64,000 nucleotides of DNA from Cycas panzhihuaensis (lineage: Eukaryota > Plantae > Cycadophyta), in NCBI GenBank assembly GCA_023213395.1, contig CM041465.1:201569741-201633740 (forward strand), in the 5' to 3' direction. Position numbers and translations under genes: made by a program. Under the pieces are notes generated by a model, which saw only the letters and a list, made by a program, of their open reading frames with translations, had not been told where the DNA came from and did not search any database. Positions within the stretch are counted from its first letter, which is position 1; every line of letters begins with the position of its first letter. This document shows positions 53,565 through 64,000 of the stretch, piece by piece.

Positions 53565-56437
53565 TGTTTTCTAGCTCCCGGGAATGGGTTCTTGGCAAGT
53601 CAACTTAGGTAAGTACAGGTATGCTTCTAGCCTTTACTTTTGTTACTTCTATAGAAAGGTAAACTAAAGCATCATTTTATTGCATGGTTGACTGACGCAT
53701 TCAAGTGATCACCTTGCATATGTTGCTTGATCATATTGCTTGATACTCTTTCAGCCTATGATGATCTGCGGGACATACATCCCTATGGCACTCCACAACC
53801 TTCCTATGCACCTCCATGTTGTAATAAGCATCACTTAGAATATGTGATCAGTTCACATGGCAACTCTTAGCACCCCACTAAGTGTGATTGGTACATCTTT
53901 ATTCTATTTACCGGTTCTCTTAGGAACCCTATCACCCCGGTACCCCATCTAGTTTAGGTCATCCTCTTTATATGACTGTCCCCAGCCACCTGGATAGAGG
54001 GTTAACCCCTCCTAAGCCTGGGGTACCATCTTTTAGGGCTCCCAATCATCTATTTTTGTCATGTTTTTTTCTTTGTCACCGCACTGTGGCAAATGTCACT
54101 GTGGTGCGACTGTTATTAAACATTTTTAAAAATTTGCTATGGTAAATTTCACTTTTTTCACGAAATTGCCACATGGCTTTAACATCTATCGAGTCCTACC
54201 CTAACCCTAATTATCCATTCAACCTAGGGTTAGGTGTAAAGCCCAAAAGAACTTCATTTTCTACCTCTTCTTCCACCTACTCTCTTCTCTTCTCCTTCTT
54301 TCACAAGTAGTTTTATGCAGGAACGCCCTATAACACTTGAGTTCCCTGTGCTCTAGCCTGAGATCCGCCCTCTCCAACTTGGATCCATGGTAGTAGGCTT
54401 GTCAACAAGCTTCATCAAGCAAGGATTCACTCCAAGTTTCATCTCCATGCCCATTCAACAAGTTTCAGCAATTCGTTTCCAGGTTTCATTGCTCTCCCAA
54501 GGATCCATCTTTAAGCACCTTAGAGTTGTCATTCCCTGCCATTCTCAGGGGTAGACCTGTCTCCAATCCAGCCCAACAGGTATTATCTCATATTTGCTCC
54601 ATTTTGTTCCTTTTAAACTTTCTTAAAAGAGATTAGATCATTTGGAATATCTTTCTTTTTTCCCAGTTTCTAGTGCATACAGGAGGTACTCCCTTCGTTC
54701 TTTTCTTTCTGCCCACATCATCTTGGATATCAGTGTATGTAGCCTCTTTCTGTACTATTTCCAGGCCTAGCACCTCTTTTGGGTAGCTTTTCCAACCCTA
54801 AGTAGTGTCTCATATCTACTTTGGGTCTTGGCTTGATCTAGGTTGTGAATTGTTGCACGTAGCAACACTTACAACATAGATGATATCCACAAACTTCATG
54901 CTATTTGTTTCTTTCATTATTTGCTACCATTAGCCTATCCCAACCTACTATTTTCTGTACTTAGAGGTAACGTGGAGGTGCACTTGTTGGAGGGTTAGCC
55001 ATTTTGAGGCTAACGGTACGCATCCCTTGTCTTGTATTGTAGGCTTTGAAGAGATTTGGAGTTGTTCTTTGGTTAGAAGTTTGCTTGACTTAAAGCGCTT
55101 TAACTTACAATATTCTTAGCATTTTATAGTTATATGCATACATATATTTACGTGGTACTCTAGAAGCCCCTTAGAAAAGGGTAGAAAACCTTTGTGGTTG
55201 CAGGTTTATCATGCCATTTGCGGGGAAGGATAAATCGCTACAATGTGGGTATGTTTCTTTGCTATCCTTTTCCTTGGTCATTTCAGCTTTTAGCATAGTT
55301 CCTTTTCCTTTGCCTTTCTTGCTTTCTTCCTTTTGCTACAGGGAAGGTAAGGAAGCCCTATACTGCCTGTGTGTTGGGAGAAGGAAAATAAGAAGTGGGT
55401 GTAGCCCAAGACGGTGACTTCGTTTTAACTGCATCATTTTTCTAGGTACATCGCCTCTCTTTTATATATCTTTTCTCTACTTCTCTTTTAAGTTTGCATG
55501 TTTACATGATAAGAATATAAAAAGAAGAGATAAAAGGGAAATAAATTGTACCACTTATTTGCATATGCACACTAGCGTGCATTCTAGGAAAGAGCACAAG
55601 ATAGGATATATCCCTTCCCACTTTCTGTTCGATTACATACAACCTACAAGAATTTATATCCTTAACATGCATCATGTGTGTTAGGTTGGTTTGCTTCTCT
55701 CATCCCCTTCCCCTTTGTTTAAAAGTGAAAAGAGAGAGAGGATTTATATTAGAGAGAAAACGAGAGAAAGTATATCTATTATCTTTTATATATATACTTC
55801 TCTTATCTCTTGTTTACATGCATAACTGATTAGATATCATTTCACTATTGCACATAGAAAGTGGATTCCCTCTTACATAGGGCAGTGGGAACTATTTCTA
55901 CCATCATTCTTTACTCCCCTAATGCTCACTTTAGGTGGGTTAGTTTAAGGAGGATACATCCTCTAAGACCTCCTCCTTTAACCCTATCATACCCATACCA
56001 ACGTAATAACCTTGACACTCTCTACTTTAGATTGGTTTCATGTGTGATGCAATTGCCTAACATCACCCTTACGAACAGGTACCTCTCGCCACTCACCTAC
56101 ATGCATCCTATCTATATTCCTTCATCTTCCATGAGGATCTACTTCTTTGTTGGGCCTTTCCCTTCCCTTCTAGCCATATAAGGGCAGGAAGACCCGCATT
56201 TTGAGGTTACTCAGGGAAACTGAGGATATCCCTCGTTTGCGCTATCCTAAAACCAAAACTAAGTTACCTAAAGGAAGTTGTGCACCATTTGTGGATCCTG
56301 AACCTGCGTTCTGACGTATGGACGCCCTGTGTGGGTGTTTCTCTTCACTTGTTTGATCAACCCCTTTACTCTGGAGCCTTCTGTTGACAGTCCCAATCCT
56401 AACTATGTGTAGTTACCATCCCATAGACGTGATTCCA
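53565..56437 (+). repeat. 3' LTR of element B
   Basis: Starts TGTTTTCT after the PPT; has ~37-bp and ~190-bp deletions relative to the 5' LTR. Confidence 0.95.
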
Positions 56438-58072
56438 GTGCCGAAAGAGGTAGCCTCATAACAACTAACTCTTGTAAGTCACCTCCTACATGCTCGAGTA
56501 CTGCATAAGTGGATTAAATGGAAATCAAGAGCTTCAAGCAACTTGGGATTAAAAACACTTGCAAGAAATTATAAATGTTGCAAAGTTTACAAAACATATA
56601 GAAAATGTAAATATTATGAAAGGAAGGGATAAATCATGGAGTTTATTGATAAACCATTTATATATTAATCAAATGTAAGCATTGCAAGTGCTGTAAACAC
56701 TGCAATCATGAAAGAAACCTGCACCCAATGGGATACCCTAGCTCATGGAGTAGATATAGTGTAGGAAACCTTAAGATGTAAGGGATTTCCCTCAAGGATG
56801 TAGCATTAAGAGTCAAAACTCCAGTTGTTTGCTCCTCCTGCCCTTCTCATAAGTGTCCCAAACCGATCCAACTGCTAGCTAATAGGAATCCAAGGATTTG
56901 AGGGTAAGAGCCAAGGAAGAGAGGAAGGTTTTGCCTCCCTTTGGCTACCAAAAGTGGAGTAAAAGATGTGCCAAATCATGTAAGAAGAGATACGTCTAAT
57001 GAATTGAACTTGCTGAAGAAAAAGTAGTAGAAAAGAACATGTTTTCATCCACAAAAATCAGACAAACCAAGTGTTACCTCATAAACAAAGCATGAAGAGT
57101 TGGAAACCCTACTTTTAGGTTGAAGAAGGCCCCTTTGGAGGAGAGGAAAGACCTTAGAGCTTTGAGATCTCACTATTTCTACTTGGCTAAGTATAAGAGG
57201 AGGATAAACCTGCTGAGAAAGATCTAGTTTAGACCTGCGAATTAGGGTTTTACCTTTACTAAACTTGGAGCATGAGAAAGAGAGTGAAAGTAGGAGAAGG
57301 GACGTGTTTTTAGTTCATGAGGGAAACAAAATAAATTTAAAATTGGGTTTTTATATCCCAATTAGATTTTCAGAGCAATTAGGATTTGGTCTTAGTGAGA
57401 AAAAGTGCTCTGCCACATGTCAGTTTTGCAATAAATACAAAACATGCCATTATCTAGCCATGATAGTTTATGGATTGTCATCCCACAATAATCTTTGCAG
57501 TATCGTGATTATTAACGCAGTATTATGAATATTATCGCGGTGCAAGAAAAACAAAGGAAAATTTTAAAAAAGACCTGACAAATCCCTAAAAGGGTTAGCC
57601 TGGGGTGCAAAATTAGGGTTTGCTAGATTAATAAGGATCTTAAGGGACTCTAGGTAGTGGTGGGGCCTCCTAAATATGCAAAAAGGTGGACAAACAAGCC
57701 CTAATAAGGATGCAAAAATGTGCAAATAGATAAATAAGCCAAAAGAATACCTTAAGGACCATGTAAGAGGCCAAAAGTGAGTCAAAGTGAGTTGTGGGGG
57801 ACTACAAGTACCTAAGAGTACTAGGAGGTGTCTTTTGGAGCTATATAGTGCCATAAGACCATGGTCTTAAGCTGTTATATGCTGGATCAAAATCACAGGC
57901 ACAGAATAGGTAGACAAACTAGGTATCAAAACATTTTATGCAATGATGTCATACCAATGGAACCGTAAAGCATCTCACCACACTATACAATGAACAAGGC
58001 AAAGGGTAGAGATCTATACCTATGCTTACTTGAGAAGTGTTATCCATATCTATTCTTGGTAGCCAGAAAACA
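56438..58072 (-). repeat. Proximal (U3) part of the element C 3' LTR
   Basis: Adjacent to the PPT; diverged homology to B's LTR (e.g. GTACTCGAGCATGTAGGAGGTGACTTA vs GTACTTGAGGCAACGTGGAGGTGCACTTA). Confidence 0.82.
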
Positions 58073-58499
58073 CTGCCCCCTTAGTAACAGAGCCCCGTTG
58101 CTCAAGAGCATCTAGCAATGGTGAATGCTATCAACACAAAAGAGTCAGTATCATCTACCAGTGTAAGTATATCATCATCCAAGAGGAGTGGTGAGTATCA
58201 TGATGGATCACGTGGATAGGGAAGGAAATGAAGCGATGTGGGGGGCTACCTATATGTCGCCTAAGAGTGTAGTATGAAAGGATGGGGGAGATGAAGGGGG
58301 TTCCCCCATCAGTCACGTATACAATGCAAGTACTATGCAAGGTTGTAAACACAATCAATAAGCAGATGTGAGCAAAAAAGATCTGTGTATATAGAGAGTG
58401 AATGTGTAGAAACATCGTTTCACAAAGGTGCGAGGATAGTTGCAATGAGAAAGGAGGATGGTCTAAAAGTCTGAGTGGCTAGCCAACCTATTAGGTTGC

Positions 58500-58922
58500 C
58501 TAAGAAGGATTATCCAAGAGAGGGAGATGACGCTCGAAGATGTGGTCAATGAGGTCATTTGCCTCAACATTCAAATCTCGGGGTATATGTTAGACATCCA
58601 CGAAGGAAAAGAGGGATAATAGGGACCTAGCGATCGATGGAAGGGCTCTTAATCGTGGGCAATACATTTGGTAAACATGGGTTAGTTACAACATGATGAT
58701 CTAGGAGTCACAATGGAGGATGATAGGGCCATGGTAAAAATAGAGTGCATAAGAAAGGGCTTCGATAATGACTGTGTATTTAGCCTCGTTATTCATAGCC
58801 TCGGGTATGTAGACTCTAGAACATATGTAGTCATTTCCAGAGGGATCCCAAAGGATCCACGCGATTGTAGAAGGGCGAGAAAAGACTAGTGAACATGCTC
58901 TTTCAGTGCCTGATGGGGTCAT
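58500..58922 (-). pseudogene. Stand-alone aRH of element C
   Basis: PEAMNNEAKYTVIIEAL...HCDS*...HIPRDLNVEANDL; the DG.SRGNP motif is deleted relative to B. Confidence 0.85.
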
Positions 58923-59929
58923 AGAAGGGTTAATGAAGGCCTGGAAGGGAGAAGGAGCTCTCCCTTGGAGCCTCTGGGACTTAAACAGATGGAAAAAATG
59001 GATCTAAGGCACTAAAATGAGCCAAAGGAGTATAGACATGGGCATGTTTCAGAGTGGCATAAAAAACAAGATGGAAGGGCCTTCAGGGAGCCAGAGGGGT
59101 TCATCATAAATATGCCAAAAGGAGGTAAAAGGGGAGCTATATGAATGACATAGGGATTAGACCCTAAAAGTAAAGAGGATAGGGGCAAAAAAATTGGTCT
59201 TGAGGGCTGTTATGCTGAAGAAAACAAAGATGTTGCCTAGGGAGGCTCCGCGAATAAAAAGGGGTGAAAGGGTGAAAATAAGTTTCATTTTCGTGGGCCC
59301 CTCGAGAGATCTAGAGCCCTCCCTTCTGAGTAGCAAGGCTTTGCCACCTTATGAGAGCATATACCGAGAGATCAGACCATTGGATCGAAGCAAGGGATTA
59401 GAGGTCAGGACCGGGGTGACGAGATGGCTATGATTAGACCAAATCCAGTCAGTGTATTATACCTTAACCTTTTCATTTCGTCATTTTAATTTAATGCCTT
59501 TTTTTTGCAAGTTTTGGGCCCCATAAGGGTCACGGGGACCCCCTAGAGCTCATTGGGGCTCGAGGGAGGGGGAGGACTAGGGCATTAAGCAGTCTTGGTC
59601 CTAGCGGACCAAGCCAAATCCACTCAAACCAAAATTTTAGATTTTTTAGGGCCATCCCCCCTTTAGGGGAGGTACCCATAGTATTTACCGCAGTGCTGCG
59701 AAGTTTGTAGTGGGGTTCACTAAGGGTCTGGAAACTCTCAGCGAAGCCTGTATCAATATCTATGGTATCGCAGATATTGACGCGGGGCAGAGGCCACCTA
59801 GACGGAAGAAAAAAAATTGACTAGATTGGATGGATTTGCCCCTTTTGAGGCGACTCCAATGATCTAGAGAGGGGATGATACATAACAATGAAGTATAGAT
59901 GGGTCTCTAGCTAATGATTTATGCTTGCA

Positions 59930-62500
59930 AGCTATTCTTATGATTGACAACTGTGAGAACATAGGGATGGCTATGATGAACTTTATAGAGATGATGAATA
60001 GATAGGAGAGGAGTACTCTATGGCATTGTGGGCTAGTGAAGGTGATCAACACCCTACAGTATGTGTTAGATTAGTAACTACTAGTTCACATCATGTCTTA
60101 TTAGGACAAGAGGAGGCACGTATTTCATCTCCTACAGGTGGTGGATGTCACCATCACGCCTAGGGATATTTAGATGATCTTGGGGATACCAGTTGGAGGT
60201 ATGCTAGCTTCACTAGGTACTCTACCCTACAATGACGTTGCTAACAAAGAAGCAGCCAGATTTTTCATAGGGAGGAGTCGATGGGATCAATGAGGGGTAT
60301 GGGTTCAAGCCTTAGTACTTTCTATAGTTCCTCAAGTGAGGAAGCTTATTACATTATAGCTATTCTGTTCTGGGCATCCCGGAAACAGAACTACATAGAC
60401 ATTCTCGAAGGTTGGATGACGACGATTAGGCAATACAAGGCTAGGGAGAGGTTTGATTAGGCTGCTTTGATAGTAGTGAACATAGTAGAACAACTAGACC
60501 AGATCAAAGTAGCTAGGAGAGGAGGCTTTTCATACTGCATGCTATACTAGTGCTGGTTTTTTAATCACTTTAGGGGAGTGGCACCACTAGGAGGGTCTCA
60601 CCCAATATCGGTTAGGGCTTCGACGGTTCATCAATGGCAGACCAGGTTAGGGGTACTAAGGACCAGGTACATGTGAGGTATTCCATGGCAGCCACATCAT
60701 GGGATCTCCTCACCCTCACATATTACTCAGTGGACCTATATCGAGTGATCCATTGGGAGAGCAATGATGAGAGAGGAGAGCTGGGGGACAAGCCTGATGA
60801 GGGAGGAGATGAGGATGATGATGATAACAGAAATAGAGTAAGGCCATTTGGGCTAGTAGGAGGAGAGGCAGGGCCACCAGGACTGACTAGAGGAGAGGGA
60901 GTTGTAGGTAGGTTTCTGGCAGTAGTTGTAGCCATGGTGGCAACGGTGTAGGCAGTGATAATTGCAGCAGATTGAGGGATCCCTAGAGAGGAGGGAATAA
61001 AGGGAAGAGACATCCCGACAACCCACAAGACAAGTGAGGAGGTAGTGTCGGGGGTCAAGGAGGTAGAGGTGGTGGCAGAATGGGTTGTAGTAGAGGAGGA
61101 GATCATCTGAGTAGAGGAGCCAGTCATCCTAGGAGGTGAGACTTTCCCTTGACTCTAGCTTTTATTTGATCATTCATTGCTTCCCTAGATGATTATACTT
61201 ACATTTTGATGTTTTTATATACTGTTGGGCTTACATATGGCATGCATGGCTTGACAGGAGATGCTTAAATGGTGAGGCTTCTGGAAGCAATAGTCTACGA
61301 GTTATTCCCTTGAGTCTACAAGGAGGGACAAGCTCCCATTCTAAAGAGTGAGGAGCCTCAATTAGCTGAGCCATACACAGTAGCGTTCACCCCTTTGATT
61401 TAGACTAGGGACATATGGGAGGTAGAGTCCCAGAAGCTCTATGTGAGGGTTAGCCAGTTGCAAGGTGCCCAAGATGGTATACAGGCGAAGAGGGACTAGC
61501 TGGTGGCAGAGAGGGATGCTCTGCAGGGCTAGATACAAGGGTTGGAGGCCCAACTAGGAGGAGCGAGATGTTGGATATTGTGACAACAATAGTTTGAGGC
61601 TAAAATTTTGGCATGTTAGCAGTGCGGTTTCCCCCTCTAATCTTTCTCAGGGGTTCCAAGGGGGGCGAGAGCCCCCCTTGGTTGGGGGTGTGGGAGGCGT
61701 GGAGCGCCCCCTGCTAAGAAGGGGTTCGGGGGCGATAGCCCCCAACCCAAAAAATTAGCCCTGTAAACCATATTAAAATGTAAAGAGAATCAGGATTTTT
61801 CGATACAAATACCCTAGATTCTATGGTTGAGATTCATGCCTTGGATGACCCTCTCATGAAGCCCGATTTAGGGATTTTCTTATTATATTATATGTAATGT
61901 AATGTACTGTGAGAGGGCAGCGGTTGGTTGTTGTTCTTGAGAGTACTCTGCTACTGAGATGTACTTTTTCTCCAATCTACAGTAATAAAGATCAATACCT
62001 TTCCTATGTGGATGTTTCCCTAGCACACGGTTAGGGTTTTACCAAGTTATATTGGGTGCATATGTGATGTTTGGCTTTCATATTCATGTTATTGTATTAT
62101 CTCTGGTTTTAGAACTTGAATGTTAAATTTAAGTTTCGATTCCTATAACTAGTTGCAAAATAGTTTAGATCTTGTGGAGATTTAAGGTTTGGGACCTTAT
62201 ATTCTCAACACAAGAGGCAATGCTAGGAGCCAGGTCTAGGTTGCCGTGCTAGAGGAGAGACTCAACAGGGTAGGGAGGGAGAGGGACCACCTCACAACTG
62301 AGAGGGATCACATCATGGTTAAGAGGGACGGCCTCTAGGACTGGTATGACTAGTTAGTTGACTAGATAACTGCTAAGTTATTACGTAATAGGATGCAGAT
62401 GATCACAATGGCCTAAAGAAGACCTATGGATGAGGAGAGTGAGGCAGGGACCTCACAGAGGCACTGGAGGAGCCTAAGAAGGACGTAATCCCCAGTGAGG
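59930..62500 (+). pseudogene. PMD gene of element C (antisense to the element), intron 61136-61257, interrupted by a solo LTR
   Basis: Collinear with the B copy (HIMSY*DKRRHVFHLLQVVDVTITPRDI; CWFFNHFRGVAPLGG); ends approximate. Confidence 0.78.
61569..62210 (+). mobile_element. Solo LTR, copy 2
   Basis: TGTTG...CAACA termini; TSD CGAGA/CAAGA (one CpG transition); homologous to 34458-35090. Confidence 0.9.
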
Positions 62501-63399
62501 GATCCGACAAATAAAGGGATGACACCCCTTAAGGACATGGCATCTAGGAGTTTTGTATATTATGTATTTTGATAAGAAAGCTTTGGACCTCTAGGGAGTT
62601 TTCACCACATGTAGACATATGATTGTGCCCCTCCCTGTAAGGATTATGACTTCCTAGGGTATATTGGCTAGATGATGTACCGTATGATTTTGTATATATA
62701 TAGACAGGAGGCCCTATTGCTACCCCATTTTGATGTATGATGATGTTGTTATATATCCATGATGTTATTATTTTATTTGTTATGTAGTATGTTTGTATAT
62801 ATGATGCATAAAGATGGATGGACATGAGCATATATGGATATATGTGCATGGATGCACGAGGGACTATGCACTTAGATAGCTTTGATTTGATTATTATGTC
62901 ATGGTTTTTATTGTGTTATATATAGATGATACTCATGTACTTCTTTTCATGCAGTGCTACACTCGTACTAGGCACATACATGCACACATACCATATATAT
63001 TGATGATGGTTACATATGAGGCTAGGAGAGAGCGCCACACATGTTCCTCAGAGGCAGCATGATGGATATGCAAAGGAAGCACCAACAAAGGGTATGAATA
63101 CCCAAATAGAAGGGCCTAGGTTAGGAAGCAACTCCATGCTCAAAAGCAAAGGTGGGTTCACTTACCTAAGTAGGAAAAGAGTAGATCTCCTTCGAAAAGA
63201 AGACAATGAGATGCAAGACTAGTAATAAAATCCAAAGGATGGAAGTCCACTCTAAGTGGTCATTACACTTTTGACTAGGAAGAGTAATGATAAGCTTAGA
63301 GGGGTAGTTTAGGCTTATTTTAGAGTGAGAGAGGAGGTGTGACTATTCTACTCAGGAATAGAAAGGGTCATGCATAAAACTTCTTCAAAAACTTATCAT

Positions 63400-64000
63400 T
63401 CACAACTTTCTTGAATTTGAAACCCTTTAAAGTTGCTATCTTATATGCACCATTATCTAAGCTCTCAAGAATGACAAAAGAACCAATTCATTTAGGCCTA
63501 AACTTGAATAGGCAATCATGGAGATACTCAAGGTTGAGGATGTGGTCCCATGGATTTAAAGGGTGAGGACAAAGGTATTTATCATACATTCTTTGTGCCC
63601 TAGCCTTGGAGGCAAGGTTTGCTTGGTAAGCCATCGAGTATTTCTCATCCAAGGCTTTGAGGTCAAGGAGGCAAGCCTGGCTATATGATTCTGCATCAAC
63701 AAAGACCTCGAAGAGAAACTCGCAAGGAAGGGATTTCAACTTCCAAAGGGAGGACCACTTTGGTCCCATACACAAGGGTTAACATGGCCATCCCTGTAGT
63801 AGTATAAATTGAAGTGTGATAAGCCCACAAAGCGGCGAGGAGTTAAAGATGCCAATCCCTTTGGGATTAGGTTACCATTTTCTTTAAGATATTAATAAGG
63901 ATTTTGTTGAAGGATTATATCTAGCCATTGGCTTGGGGGTAATAAGGAGATGAGGTCTTATGGGATATCTTGAAGTTCCCACAAAGCTCATCCATCTCCT
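63400..64000 (-). pseudogene. Ty3/gypsy integrase C-terminal region of element C
   Basis: LVYGT...LPLEVEIP, LLDLKALDEK...AQRMYDK...KFRPK*IGSF (GPY/F-type module). Confidence 0.82.

Larger units (their letters stand above)
41644..56437 (+). mobile_element. Element B: non-autonomous Tat-type LTR retrotransposon (gag-PR, antisense PMD, stand-alone aRH; RT-RH-INT absent)
   Basis: ~3-kb LTRs 41644-44737 and 53565-56437; PPT AAGGGGGCAG 53555-53564; eroded PBS-like GCGACCATACTAGGA at 44741 (tRNA-Arg-like by inference); partial TSD GTGAT/GTGCC. Confidence 0.93.

Overview
This is AT-rich plant nuclear DNA from a large, heavily methylated genome (gymnosperm-like by inference only). It consists almost entirely of old, nested, pseudogenised LTR retrotransposons, and I recognise no intact host gene. 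From left to right: (A) degenerate Tat-type Ty3/gypsy pol (1-3800, -); a deleted chromovirus-like element (6020-11818, -) hosting a gag-only non-autonomous Copia element (7088-10142); a Copia element (13041-20509, -) hosting a TRIM-like element (17422-18774); a Tat gag-protease remnant (20510-23950, +); a full-length degenerate Copia element (26837-34082, +); a solo LTR (34458-35090) with a second copy at 61569-62210; a tRNA-derived SINE (36695-36992); a CpG-retaining non-TE island with clustered DRE/ABRE motifs (~37440-38250); and two related Tat elements, B (41644-56437, +) inserted into the 3' LTR of C (38875 to beyond 64000, -). The most interesting signal is shared by B and C. Between pol and the 3' LTR both carry a divergent two-gene cassette: an antisense, intron-containing Plant Mobile Domain (PMD, MAIN/MAIL-like) gene, and a stand-alone archaeal-type RNase H ORF uncoupled from the polyprotein. 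B kept this cassette after losing RT-RH-INT. All coordinates were counted by eye and may be off by a few bases. Domain calls come from recognised motifs, not database searches.
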